DNA of 64,000 nucleotides. Source: Candidatus Sericytochromatia bacterium. GTDB taxonomy: Bacteria > Cyanobacteriota > Sericytochromatia > UBA7694. Below the pieces are notes generated by a model. It ran no database searches. It had not been told where the DNA came from and saw only the letters and a program-made list of their open reading frames with translations. The first letter of the stretch is position 1. Every line of letters starts with the position of its first letter. The stretch covers positions 229,131 through 293,130 of the forward strand of contig CAXRDE010000005.1 in the NCBI GenBank assembly GCA_964229355.1. Reading direction: 5' to 3'. The position numbers and the translations under genes were made by a program. Positions 29,223 through 38,792 of this stretch are shown here, one piece after another.

Positions 29223-31535
29223 CTACTCTAAGGCGCTGGTTTTACCGTACAGGTGTTGGTAAATCCAGTACGAGGTAAACACCCGTTTAACGTAACCCCG
29301 GGTTTCGGGATACGTAATAGACTCCGCCAGGGCATCTAAAGGCAAATGGCCATAGTCCTTTAACCAGCGGTTTACAGGCCCCGCACCCGCATTGTACGAG
29401 GCCACAGCCAGGAGTGAATTGCCATCAAACACCTGGTGGCGAGAGTTTAAATACCACACACCCATGGGAATATTGTCTTCAGCACGGCTGAGACTATAAT
29501 CTTTTAACCCCAGATCCTGCGCGATTTGGGCGCCTGTAGCGGGCATAATCTGCATCAGTCCGGTGGCCCCCACCCAGGATTTAATGGTGGGATTATACTG
29601 ACTTTCTTGCCAAATTAATCCGGCCGGTAAAAAGGGATTCATCTGATATTTTTTGGCTTCGGCCTCAATCTTATCAAAGAAAGCCAGCGGGAAAGCGGCG
29701 GGGAGATAGGTGTCGTCTTTTTCTGCCAGATAACGGTAGCGGGTAACCGTTTCATAGTAGCGTTGCTGTTTCTGCATGAGCAGTCCATGCAACACCTGTA
29801 CCTGAGGCTCCATATGGTACTCAGCAATTTCCATAAAAGGTGCATGTTGCCCCAGATAATAGAGCTCCATCAGGGGACTAAAGGCTTGCGCGTTGCCCGC
29901 TAAGGCATCATCAAACGCCTGCGCATAACCGGGCTGCGGCAGTGGAGAGTCTGCAGTCCCCACACTCAGACCTTCATAGGGCACGGTAGCGTAGTGATCT
30001 TCGCCGCCTTTTTTTAAGCGCTGTAAGCGCGCTTTGGCCCGATGGGTGTAATAATCCATCAGGGGATTTTTACTGAGTTGTTCGTACAAGGGTTTGGCCT
30101 GATCAAAGGCTTCGGTTTCTTCGTAAGCGCGGGCAAGCCAGTAGGTAAAGCGGCTACCCAACTCATGCTTTTGGTAATGCTGCTGGTGCTTCTCTAAGGC
30201 GGTAATGACAGAGGAATAGTCTTTATTGAGGAAATCATGCCAGATGGCATACCACAAGGCTGGCATGGCTTCTTTAAAGGTGGGGTTTAAGGCCACCAAC
30301 TGATGGTAAACTTTTGCCCGCTGCGCATCTTTATTGAGCATGTCATAAATAATGCCTTCTTCCCAGAGGGCAGCAGCTTTCACTTCTTTGTTACTATTGT
30401 AAGCAATATGTACCGCCTGCAGCTGATTGAGGGCAGCGGTATAGGCTTTGGCTCGGCGCTGATTCTGAGCCAGGTAGACACTGGCCAGGCCCGCCGCTTC
30501 AGAAGCGGGATAGCGCTGGCGAAGGGCTTCGAAATGCTCCACGGCTTGCGGATAAAATTTCGCCTCCAGGGCATACTCTCCCAGGGTTAAAAGTTCTTCA
30601 GCGGTGGTGGGCGTCTTGACAGAAAGTTCTTTGTACGCGGTTTGGTACATATAGCGCTCAAAGGCCGCTTTGGCCAAGAATACATGATCGCTTTCCGTCA
30701 GCTGGTCTTTAAAGTCCGACTGCACCTTGTAAAGAGTCGCTCGCCCGGCGGGGTGCGTGGGGTAGGCCTGCAGAAAATTACGATAATAACTGAGGGCTGC
30801 ACGGGGTTGCTTCTCGGCACTCAACTCGGCTTGCTTTAAAAGCACCACAGCCCGCAAGGGTTCCTGGGCATCCAGTTCATTTTTCCACTGCACCAAAAGA
30901 CTTTCAGCTTTCGGTTGCTCTTCATTTTTGATCAAATAATCCAAATAACGCTGGTACCACGCGGGTCTAAACACGCTGTCTTTATGTTCAAGTAATAGGG
31001 TCGCAAATTCCTCCGGGGACACCCGGGCAGACTCCCATTGCAGGAGCTGCTGTATCAAAGGGCTTTCCACTTGCTCCGCAAACCCTTCAGGAACCTCACC
31101 TTTTTTCTGTAGAAAATTCACCCACTGCGCGCGCTCTAAAAACCAGGGGTGCGGACTGTTTTCGGCGTTGAGCGTGGCTTTGCCCTGAATATGTTGATCC
31201 AATAACTCAAAGTGGGTCCGCAAACGCGCCACAATATTATCGTAATCTCCGTTATTTTCGGCTTTTAAAGCCCGTAGCGCATCTAAGGCCTCAAGGGGGC
31301 CTTCTGCATAAAACATAGCTTCTGCCCGCAGGGCTTTGGCCCGACCCTGTAAAGCAGGATCCGTCTCATCGTTGAGATATTGCATTAAAAGCGACGATGC
31401 TTCTTCGTACTTTTTTTTCTCCATCAGCGATTCGGCTTGTTTCACAGGAGGAGGAGAACAAGCGGCAAAAAAAGATAAGCTGAGGGCACACACAGCAGCA
31501 TGAAGATGTTTCATTGCACAACAGGCCTTTAACAC
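29223..31535 (-). CDS. slt: Soluble lytic murein transglycosylase (Slt70-like) with a superhelical N-domain and a C-terminal SLT domain.
   Basis: The SLT motifs are WQESQYNP, GATGLMQIMPAT and YNAGAG. A signal peptide is present. Confidence 0.85.
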   Translation of the reverse strand: MLKACCAMKHLHAAVCALSLSFFAACSPPPVKQAESLMEKKKYEEASSLLMQYLNDETDPALQGRAKALRAEAMFYAEGPLEALDALRALKAENNGDYDNIVARLRTHFELLDQHIQGKATLNAENSPHPWFLERAQWVNFLQKKGEVPEGFAEQVESPLIQQLLQWESARVSPEEFATLLLEHKDSVFRPAWYQRYLDYLIKNEEQPKAESLLVQWKNELDAQEPLRAVVLLKQAELSAEKQPRAALSYYRNFLQAYPTHPAGRATLYKVQSDFKDQLTESDHVFLAKAAFERYMYQTAYKELSVKTPTTAEELLTLGEYALEAKFYPQAVEHFEALRQRYPASEAAGLASVYLAQNQRRAKAYTAALNQLQAVHIAYNSNKEVKAAALWEEGIIYDMLNKDAQRAKVYHQLVALNPTFKEAMPALWYAIWHDFLNKDYSSVITALEKHQQHYQKHELGSRFTYWLARAYEETEAFDQAKPLYEQLSKNPLMDYYTHRAKARLQRLKKGGEDHYATVPYEGLSVGTADSPLPQPGYAQAFDDALAGNAQAFSPLMELYYLGQHAPFMEIAEYHMEPQVQVLHGLLMQKQQRYYETVTRYRYLAEKDDTYLPAAFPLAFFDKIEAEAKKYQMNPFLPAGLIWQESQYNPTIKSWVGATGLMQIMPATGAQIAQDLGLKDYSLSRAEDNIPMGVWYLNSRHQVFDGNSLLAVASYNAGAGPVNRWLKDYGHLPLDALAESITYPETRGYVKRVFTSYWIYQHLYGKTSALE

Positions 31536-31553
31536 GAAAAATTAAGGATGGAA

Positions 31554-32321
31554 CTAGTCCAGAAGCGCCACCAAAGCGGAAGTCAAAAAGTAGTTGACAC
31601 ACACGATCAGCAAAATAGAATGGACCACCGTCGTATTCGCAGCTTTGCCGACGCCCAAAGCTCCACCTCTGACATTATAGCCTTTATAACAACTGATCAA
31701 GGCCACAATCATGCCAAAGATGCACGCCTTGAACATGCCACCCCAGATGTGCGACATTTTGGTAAAACTAAACAAATTGGCCAGAAACACACCCGAGTTC
31801 AGTCCTTTCAAACCAATGGCGACCACATAGCCCCCTAAAATCCCCCCAAAACTGGCAATCGCATTAATCACGGGCACCATCACCACCAGCGCAATCAGGC
31901 GGGGCACAATCACATATTGGAAGGGGTCTACCGCCATAACCTCAAGGGCGTCAATTTCTTCGGTGACACGCATGGTCCCAATTTCTCCAGATACGGCACT
32001 ACCGGCCTGAGAAGCCACCATAATGCTCACTAAGGTGGGAGAAAGCTCTCGAAATACCGCTTCGGCAAGCAGACTACTGAGTAAGCGCTGGGCCCCGAAC
32101 ATTTCAAACACCTGTAGGCCCTGTAAAGTGGTTACCATACCGGTGGGAACCACGATGGCCAGTACCGGCAACAAACATTGAAACCCCGTGGTGTACATAC
32201 TTTTTAAGGTCTCGCGCCAGAAAAAAGGGGGACGAAACATGGCCTGAATGGTCAGAGACAGAAAAAGGCCAAAATGTCCCACCTGTTGAATAAATTGCTG
32301 AGCGGGCGCAAAAATACCCAT
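31554..32321 (-). CDS. MlaE/YrbE-family ABC transporter permease.
   Basis: It is a 255-aa polytopic protein with MlaE-like conserved segments (EIDAL...). Confidence 0.75.
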   Translation of the reverse strand: MGIFAPAQQFIQQVGHFGLFLSLTIQAMFRPPFFWRETLKSMYTTGFQCLLPVLAIVVPTGMVTTLQGLQVFEMFGAQRLLSSLLAEAVFRELSPTLVSIMVASQAGSAVSGEIGTMRVTEEIDALEVMAVDPFQYVIVPRLIALVVMVPVINAIASFGGILGGYVVAIGLKGLNSGVFLANLFSFTKMSHIWGGMFKACIFGMIVALISCYKGYNVRGGALGVGKAANTTVVHSILLIVCVNYFLTSALVALLD

Positions 32322-32996
32322 TTAAAAGAGCTGCTGTGTCGAGACGATGTCTTCACCCTCAACCCGAGGATGGTGGGTAATAATTTGCTCGGTTCCCAGA
32401 TTCTCAATACTGAGTCTACCGCGCAAAGCCACTTTCTCAACCCGGTTCATGGCTTCAGCATTCACCTCGATGAGCCAGTCATCCTGACCTGGCTGTGGCA
32501 TGGGCATAATGGCCTGCTCCTCGCGCAGCTGATCAAGAATGGTACGATCATTCAGGACATACGCAACCAAGCGCGATACAAAGGGTAAGTTACGTTGAAA
32601 GTGGTCCATACGCTTGGCTTCCATGGTGGGGAGACCACCATAGTTAATATAGTCCACTTCCCATTTTTCTTTGAGGTCCTCAAAGATTTTATCGAGCAAG
32701 CTGTAAGCGTCTAAAAAGCCCCAGTTTTCTTTGACATGAATGCCCAGCGGCGAAAACGAAGCCGGTGTAGGGCGCAGGGAATCCTTAATGGCCTCGCCCT
32801 TCCAATTGTCATATTTAACCAGCGTGAGCCATTCGCCCACATTAAAGGGTTCAAAGCCTTTAATGTCGGTCACGACCCGATCTGAACGCTGATAAACCTG
32901 ACGCTTGACGCGAATGGCTATCAGTTGGTTATTTTGGATACGGGTGGTGATCGCCAGGCGATCATCCCCCGTAATTTCCACAAAGAATACAGACAT
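32322..32996 (-). CDS. Hypothetical soluble protein. It sits where an MlaF-type ATPase would be expected but has no ATPase motifs.
   Basis: It is a 224-aa ORF abutting mlaE and lying 6 bp from pilQ. I see no Walker motifs. Confidence 0.45.
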   Translation of the reverse strand: MSVFFVEITGDDRLAITTRIQNNQLIAIRVKRQVYQRSDRVVTDIKGFEPFNVGEWLTLVKYDNWKGEAIKDSLRPTPASFSPLGIHVKENWGFLDAYSLLDKIFEDLKEKWEVDYINYGGLPTMEAKRMDHFQRNLPFVSRLVAYVLNDRTILDQLREEQAIMPMPQPGQDDWLIEVNAEAMNRVEKVALRGRLSIENLGTEQIITHHPRVEGEDIVSTQQLF

Positions 32997-33002
32997 TGAC
33001 TT

Positions 33003-34601
33003 CTATCGACCTGTTTTTAAGATACGCGGTGTAACCATAATCAAGATTTCCACATCTTCTTTACTGGTTACTGTATCAGAAAACAAAGCGCCCAGCAGCG
33101 GGATGTCACCCAGTAACGGGATTTTGTTTTTCGTCTCGGTGTCGGCCTTGCGCATCAGACCGCCGATAACCACTGACTCGCCGTCTTCGACGGTTAAAAT
33201 CGTATCGACTTTACGGTTGTTGATTTCAGGAATGGTTTGCGTCCCCGCGCTTACCAATTCACCCCGTGTGGAGATTTCAGGCACGAGCTTCATGGTAATC
33301 AAACCCTTTTCTTGATCAATAAAAGGCGTGATGGTAAGTTTTTCACCAATATTGATACTTTGCACGGTTTGGGTTGCCGCCGTGGCGGTAGCCGTTGTGC
33401 TGATAACCGGATAAGCGGTAGTGGAGTCAAAGAGGGCTTGTACCCCGTGCTGAATGGTCAATCGTGGACTTGTCAAGACCCTTGCCTGACTGTCACGAAT
33501 CAAAGCGTTTAAGCGGGCGCTAAAGTTGGGAGCCAAACGACTCAAAGTGCTAAAGCTAATCAAAGACTCACCATCGGCAGCGGGGGGGTTGGGTTGCTGT
33601 CCGGGCAGCAGCGCACTGTTATTAAAGGCTGCACTGGTAGAGCCCTGACCAATTTCATAGCTAAGTCCCAATTCCTGGCTCGCCCGCTGGGTTAATTCGA
33701 TCATTTTAACTTCTACGTTGACCTGAGGTAAAGCACGGTCCAATACGGGCACCAATTGGTCAGCAATATCAATGGCTTCCTGACTACCAATCACGATCAA
33801 GGTGGCCGTGCGCTGATCGATCAACAACTCGGGCAGGGGGTTCAAGCCTCGGCGGGTATATACGGCTTTCAATTGCTGCACAATTGGAGAGTTCATGGCG
33901 GCCATGGCTCCACCACCAGCACCACCAGCCCCTCCTGCAGCACCACCACCTGCTCCACCACCAGCACCGCCGGCGCCAGCGGTCTGTACGGCAAGGGTAG
34001 CAGCCTGATTGTAGATGGTGTAGGTTTTAATCAAGGGCGAAGCAAAACCCATTTGCCCCATCTTTTCGGGGGTGGTAATAATCAGAGAATTATACACGCG
34101 ACGACCGGTTAAACCACTCATCTGTAAGACCAGAGAGAAAGCTTCACTCAGGGGAATGTCCCGCAGCTCAAGATAGGGGATGGTGGTTTTCGCCGCTACC
34201 GTGGCAGCGACGTTACCCGAGGATGCTGCAGGCGCACTATTTCCGGCAAGGGCTTCTAGCTCCATCAAAGCAGCGTCATCGCTGCTGGCAGCAGGGGCTG
34301 CCGCACTGGCAACCACGTCAGCAGCCGCGTCATTGGCCATAAAAATCAGGTTCAGACCCGCTTTTTGGGCCAGGCCGCGTAAAATAAACTCCACGTTGGC
34401 GTTACGTTGCACAATACTAATCAGTGGATCTTTATCGAGACGAAAGGCTTTACGCAGTGTGATGGCATCGGTGGCCCCGGCGACAGGAGGATTGATCACT
34501 TGTCGGGTATCAGCCCACGCGGCCGCGGGTGTTAAGGTAGACATGAGGGTCAAAGCGGCAAGCGCTGAGGTACTTTTACGTTTAAATGTAGAAATTTTCA
34601 T
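33003..34601 (-). CDS. pilQ: Type IV pilus secretin PilQ (GspD family).
   Basis: It has the C-terminal secretin signature VIGGLMRKADTETKNKIPLLGDIPLLGALF. It also has a signal peptide and an internal Gly/Ala-rich linker. Confidence 0.9.
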   Translation of the reverse strand: MKISTFKRKSTSALAALTLMSTLTPAAAWADTRQVINPPVAGATDAITLRKAFRLDKDPLISIVQRNANVEFILRGLAQKAGLNLIFMANDAAADVVASAAAPAASSDDAALMELEALAGNSAPAASSGNVAATVAAKTTIPYLELRDIPLSEAFSLVLQMSGLTGRRVYNSLIITTPEKMGQMGFASPLIKTYTIYNQAATLAVQTAGAGGAGGGAGGGAAGGAGGAGGGAMAAMNSPIVQQLKAVYTRRGLNPLPELLIDQRTATLIVIGSQEAIDIADQLVPVLDRALPQVNVEVKMIELTQRASQELGLSYEIGQGSTSAAFNNSALLPGQQPNPPAADGESLISFSTLSRLAPNFSARLNALIRDSQARVLTSPRLTIQHGVQALFDSTTAYPVISTTATATAATQTVQSINIGEKLTITPFIDQEKGLITMKLVPEISTRGELVSAGTQTIPEINNRKVDTILTVEDGESVVIGGLMRKADTETKNKIPLLGDIPLLGALFSDTVTSKEDVEILIMVTPRILKTGR

Positions 34602-34613
34602 TTGTTTTTCCTC

Positions 34614-35345
34614 CTAAAAGTTAGGGCTATTTGGTTCGGGAAGATAAAGGGTTCCCGTGGCTTGACCGCGAGAGAGCGTTACGCGTCTTTCTTCATAGTT
34701 AATTGAAGTCACGCGAATATTATTAGGCAAGCGTTCGCCCACACGGAATAACTCTGTACGACCGTTAATTTCAATAATTGCAATCGGATCGATCCCTCCA
34801 TCCATAATACCTTTCAAGGACAATCCGTAAGTCAACGGTCTGACCGGTGGTGGCGTGGGCTCGGTTTGAATAATCAAAGGAGGACGAGAAGAGGTCGGAG
34901 GCTTAGCCGCAGAAGGCTTGTCTGTAATTCTGGGGAAAGCCGCCGGAAGGGTGAGTTGATCCGCCGTAATCACAGGCTCAAAATCAGGCAGGTCAGGGGG
35001 CTGAACGGATTTAAAGGGATCCACGCGTCCTGCGTGCACCTGGGCCTGTCTTAACACCGACTGAGGAGAGGTTGCCGCAATGCTAAAGGACATGATCGGC
35101 GTTTCACTGGGACTGGGTGTGGGCGTCGGTGTAGGTTGCGCAGACGCCTGAGGCTTGGCTGTACCCTGAGGCTCAGGCGTGCCTTCACCCGAGGGCATGA
35201 CGGAGGCTGTTACCACGGGCTCTGGCGTTGCACTGGCAATCACTGAAGGGTTGTTCGGATCATCAGGGGGTAAGCTCATCGAATACAACAACAGCGCGGT
35301 GGCTGCGGTAAACATCCCCGATAGCATTAGGGCATGTGCGAGCAT
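34614..35345 (-). CDS. pilP: PilP-like pilus assembly lipoprotein with a Pro/Thr-rich linker and a C-terminal beta-domain.
   Basis: The assignment rests on its position between pilO and pilQ and on the C-terminal region IEINGRTELFRVGERL. Confidence 0.6.
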   Translation of the reverse strand: MLAHALMLSGMFTAATALLLYSMSLPPDDPNNPSVIASATPEPVVTASVMPSGEGTPEPQGTAKPQASAQPTPTPTPSPSETPIMSFSIAATSPQSVLRQAQVHAGRVDPFKSVQPPDLPDFEPVITADQLTLPAAFPRITDKPSAAKPPTSSRPPLIIQTEPTPPPVRPLTYGLSLKGIMDGGIDPIAIIEINGRTELFRVGERLPNNIRVTSINYEERRVTLSRGQATGTLYLPEPNSPNF

Positions 35346-35998
35346 TAGCTTGCTCCTCCAATCAAAAAGGCCTTCAGGGTAAAGGATACGTTAACCGGTG
35401 TATACAAGGCCTGGGGATCATCCTGGGGCTCGATGGTTAAACCTTCAATACTCAGGGTTCGCTCATAGTTTTCTAAATCTTGCAGCATTTCAATCAGCTC
35501 AGGATAGCTCATCTTACTCATTTGCACCTGAACAGGCAATTGCTTCAATTGTTTGGCTGCCGGAGACTCAGAAGCACTCTGTAACTCCGCAGGCAGGGTA
35601 AAGTCCACAATCCCACCCGGCTTAAAAGTATTCAGTACCGCAGAGTTACCGTATAGTGCCTTATTTTCAGCAATCTCTTCGACGTCGAGTAAGAGTGGAG
35701 ATTCGTTGGCGGTGGTGGGAATTTTCCGCCGCAAGGCCACCAGGCTGGCTTGAATGGTTTTTAGCTCTGCTTTGAGCTTTTCCAAATTCTTGGCCTGCAG
35801 GGTTTTCTTTTCTATATCAGCTTCTTGTTGGACAATCTCTTCTTTAACCACCTGAAGCTCTGTCCATTTGGGGTAGGTATACTGATAAATACCGCCGACC
35901 AGAATCAGAGCAGCCACAACACCGCCGATCATCATTTTTTGAGATGTCGTAATGTTATCGGTATTAATAGAGCGGCCGAAAGCTTCGATAGTTGGCAT
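35345..35998 (-). CDS. pilO: PilO-like bitopic inner-membrane pilus assembly protein.
   Basis: It has one N-terminal transmembrane segment, a coiled-coil and its position in the pilMNOPQ order. Confidence 0.65.
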   Translation of the reverse strand: MPTIEAFGRSINTDNITTSQKMMIGGVVAALILVGGIYQYTYPKWTELQVVKEEIVQQEADIEKKTLQAKNLEKLKAELKTIQASLVALRRKIPTTANESPLLLDVEEIAENKALYGNSAVLNTFKPGGIVDFTLPAELQSASESPAAKQLKQLPVQVQMSKMSYPELIEMLQDLENYERTLSIEGLTIEPQDDPQALYTPVNVSFTLKAFLIGGAS

Positions 35999-36001
35999 AA
36001 T

Positions 36002-36562
36002 CTAGCTTCCCACTTTCAATTTACACGTAATACTAAACACAGTTGGTTCCTCTGCTGAAGGCTTTTCACTGCTTTGTAATTTGATGTCTTGCAACATCTT
36101 CGAGTTTTTCAAGTTCGCTAAAAACATCGCTACAGAGCGGTGATCTGTGGCTGAACCCTGCAAGGAGAACTCACCCTGGGGGTTGAAAGCCAGCTGATCA
36201 ATTTTAATATCTACAGGCATAAGCAGACGGACCTCTTGAAGCAAGTAGGACCAGCGATAGGTTTCGCCCGTCACGTACTTCAGAATTTTTTCTTCCATCT
36301 CTTTGTCTGCTTTTTCTTTTTCCAGATCTTTAATTTCTTTGATCTGTTTATCAAGAGCGGCAATGGTTTGTTTGTTTTCTTCTCGGGTCTCTTCGGCATT
36401 GGCTAACCAGTTACCCACCAGCGCATTCGACCCAAAGGCCAACAGCAAAGCGAGCACAATGGAAAGGCCAGCTACCAAGAGCCCTTTGTCGACGGGAAGA
36501 CCCGAACGCTGTAAGGCTTCTTTTCGATCGATACCAAGAAGGTTAATACTGATGCGTGTCAA
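36002..36562 (-). CDS. pilN: PilN-like pilus assembly protein.
   Basis: It has the N-terminal INLL motif, a single transmembrane segment and a coiled-coil. It overlaps pilM. Confidence 0.7.
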   Translation of the reverse strand: MTRISINLLGIDRKEALQRSGLPVDKGLLVAGLSIVLALLLAFGSNALVGNWLANAEETREENKQTIAALDKQIKEIKDLEKEKADKEMEEKILKYVTGETYRWSYLLQEVRLLMPVDIKIDQLAFNPQGEFSLQGSATDHRSVAMFLANLKNSKMLQDIKLQSSEKPSAEEPTVFSITCKLKVGS

Positions 36563-37719
36563 TTTTCTTCAATTCCTCTCCGTGCAAGTCCAATCGCTGT
36601 AGCAAACAGAGGCGCGTTTTCATTGAGGTAAGCAGCTGAAAACGTCTCTTCATCAAACGAGAGTGAGCGAATCGGGTTACTAATCTCCACATCCATACCG
36701 AGCTTATGGGCAAAATACTGGTCCAAGTTTTTAATCTTTGCACCACGATCTGACAAAATAAGCTGCTGAATGCGCATATATTCTTGTTGTGACTGATGAA
36801 AATAATCAATTGATTTGTTGATCTCACCGGTCAATTCTTGAAGGAGCATGCGAATTTCATCGGCGGCCTGCTCCACCATAGGATCTTCAAAGGTTTCATC
36901 TCCCACCACGGGAATCACCAGCTTATCAAACAAGGCCACGGCTTCTTGCAGCTCTAAGCCCATGCCGCTGGCAATGGTTTCGATCATGGTACTGCTTCCC
37001 AAAGGAATGCTTCGGGAGAAAAGGGGCGCACCATTTTGAACCACATTCAGGTCGGTAGTTTCACCGCGGATGAGAATCAAGACATTCAGTTGTTGCTCTT
37101 CACCCTCTTCCTGGGCCAGCTGCTCTTCAATGGAGCGCATGACCGCAAAAGAAGCCACGTCTACCGCCACCAGATTGAGATCAGCCTGGGTAAAGGTTTC
37201 GATATAGGTGTCAATTAACTGCTTCTGGGCAGTCACCAGCAACACATCATATTTGCTCATATTGTCTTCTTCCACGGTACCCGTGACCTGAAAATCAATG
37301 TAAACATCTTGAATGGGGAAAGGAATGTAGCGTTCTGCATCGTGCATCACGACTTCCTGGAGTTCTTTAATGGGAATCGCAGGAAACTTAATGCGGGGAC
37401 GAATAATGGCAGCCTGACCTGACACAGCGGTAATGACCTTGCGGGATTTGAACTGATGTTCATCTAAGAGGTTTTTGATGGCCTCTGCCACCCGAATACT
37501 GTCCACCACCTCACCGTCTCGCACGGCACCTTCAGGGGTTTCTTTAAGGGCCAGGCGCACAATTTCATATTGCCCAGGCTGGTTTTGAATTTCCGCCAGT
37601 TCCGCTGCAATAATGAACTCATTGGTGATGTCGATACCAATGGGCGGTTCTTTAGAAAAACGATTGGAAAAAGCTCGAAGGAGACCCTTCGTATTGATTT
37701 CACGACCAAATAAGTTCAT
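36559..37719 (-). CDS. pilM: PilM, an actin-like type IV pilus assembly ATPase-fold protein.
   Basis: Length is 386 aa. It has an FtsA/actin-like fold signature and sits in the PilM position. Confidence 0.8.
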   Translation of the reverse strand: MNLFGREINTKGLLRAFSNRFSKEPPIGIDITNEFIIAAELAEIQNQPGQYEIVRLALKETPEGAVRDGEVVDSIRVAEAIKNLLDEHQFKSRKVITAVSGQAAIIRPRIKFPAIPIKELQEVVMHDAERYIPFPIQDVYIDFQVTGTVEEDNMSKYDVLLVTAQKQLIDTYIETFTQADLNLVAVDVASFAVMRSIEEQLAQEEGEEQQLNVLILIRGETTDLNVVQNGAPLFSRSIPLGSSTMIETIASGMGLELQEAVALFDKLVIPVVGDETFEDPMVEQAADEIRMLLQELTGEINKSIDYFHQSQQEYMRIQQLILSDRGAKIKNLDQYFAHKLGMDVEISNPIRSLSFDEETFSAAYLNENAPLFATAIGLARRGIEEN

Positions 37720-37756
37720 TTTTTCTTCTTTAAAGCCTCTTGCTTTGCTTTATAGT

Positions 37757-38695
37757 TCATACGGGTGACAAGGCTGATTTACCAATATACCACGCCCATA
37801 GATGTTCCCCAAACGCCATGGAGAGCAACATACCCACCACCAAAAAGGGGCCAAAAGGAAATGGCTTGCTTTCACCCTGGCGCATCATGAGCACAACACC
37901 CATAATACTTCCTGTGACAAAGGCTATGGCCAGCGCCACCAATAATTGTTCAGGACCCAACCAAACACCCATAAGAACGGCCAGCTTGATATCGCCGCCG
38001 CCCATGCCCTGTTTTTTGAGAAGCAGTAAGCTTAAAAGCGAAACACCCTCAAAGAAACACCAGGCAATCAGGCCACCGATCAGTGCCCAACCCAAATTGG
38101 CTTTAGACCCATTATATAGGATCCCTAAAAAAATGCTTGGGTATGTCATCACATTGAAGACAAACTGGGTATCCAAATCGATCCAAAAGATAGCCCAAAT
38201 CAGGCTCACAAGGGGCAGCCAGAAAAGCAAGTCGCTCCATTGGGGATAGAGAAAGTAGGTGTAGACAAAAAGCAAACCCGTCAAAGCTTCAATCAAGGGA
38301 TAACGAAAACTATAAGACGCTTTACAATGCCGACAGCGCCCCCCCAGCAGAAACCAGCTCAAAATCGGTAAATTATCGTACCAGGCAATATCTTTTTGAC
38401 AGTGCCCACAACGAGACCCCGGAAAAGAAATGCCTTTCAGCACATGAAAAGCTTCTACCCAAAAATCCTTGAACGGATAGAGCAACGTATAAAGCACATC
38501 AGAAAAGAAATACTTTAAGGTAAACCATACTCTGGGCAGCAGGGCATCCGGAATTTCAGGACTTTCCGGTTCTTCATCTTCTTCGGCCCAACCTGCCAAT
38601 AAAATCACAGGGGTACGGTAAATTACCACGTTCAAGAAACTACCGATGAGGGCTCCAAAAACAAACAGAAACCACGGGTTTGCAGCGTTCAACAT
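37757..38695 (-). CDS. pilD: Prepilin peptidase / N-methyltransferase (A24 family).
   Basis: It has the tetracysteine CGHC...CRHC, polytopic transmembrane segments and the N-terminus FGALIGSFLNVVIYR. Confidence 0.85.
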   Translation of the reverse strand: MLNAANPWFLFVFGALIGSFLNVVIYRTPVILLAGWAEEDEEPESPEIPDALLPRVWFTLKYFFSDVLYTLLYPFKDFWVEAFHVLKGISFPGSRCGHCQKDIAWYDNLPILSWFLLGGRCRHCKASYSFRYPLIEALTGLLFVYTYFLYPQWSDLLFWLPLVSLIWAIFWIDLDTQFVFNVMTYPSIFLGILYNGSKANLGWALIGGLIAWCFFEGVSLLSLLLLKKQGMGGGDIKLAVLMGVWLGPEQLLVALAIAFVTGSIMGVVLMMRQGESKPFPFGPFLVVGMLLSMAFGEHLWAWYIGKSALSPV

Positions 38696-38792
38696 TTAAT
38701 CATACACAGCGCTCACTCTAAAAAATCACGGGGGACAGGGTCAGATCCTTAATAAATCTTAACAAAGTATACCACACCCGTGGAAAATGTCG

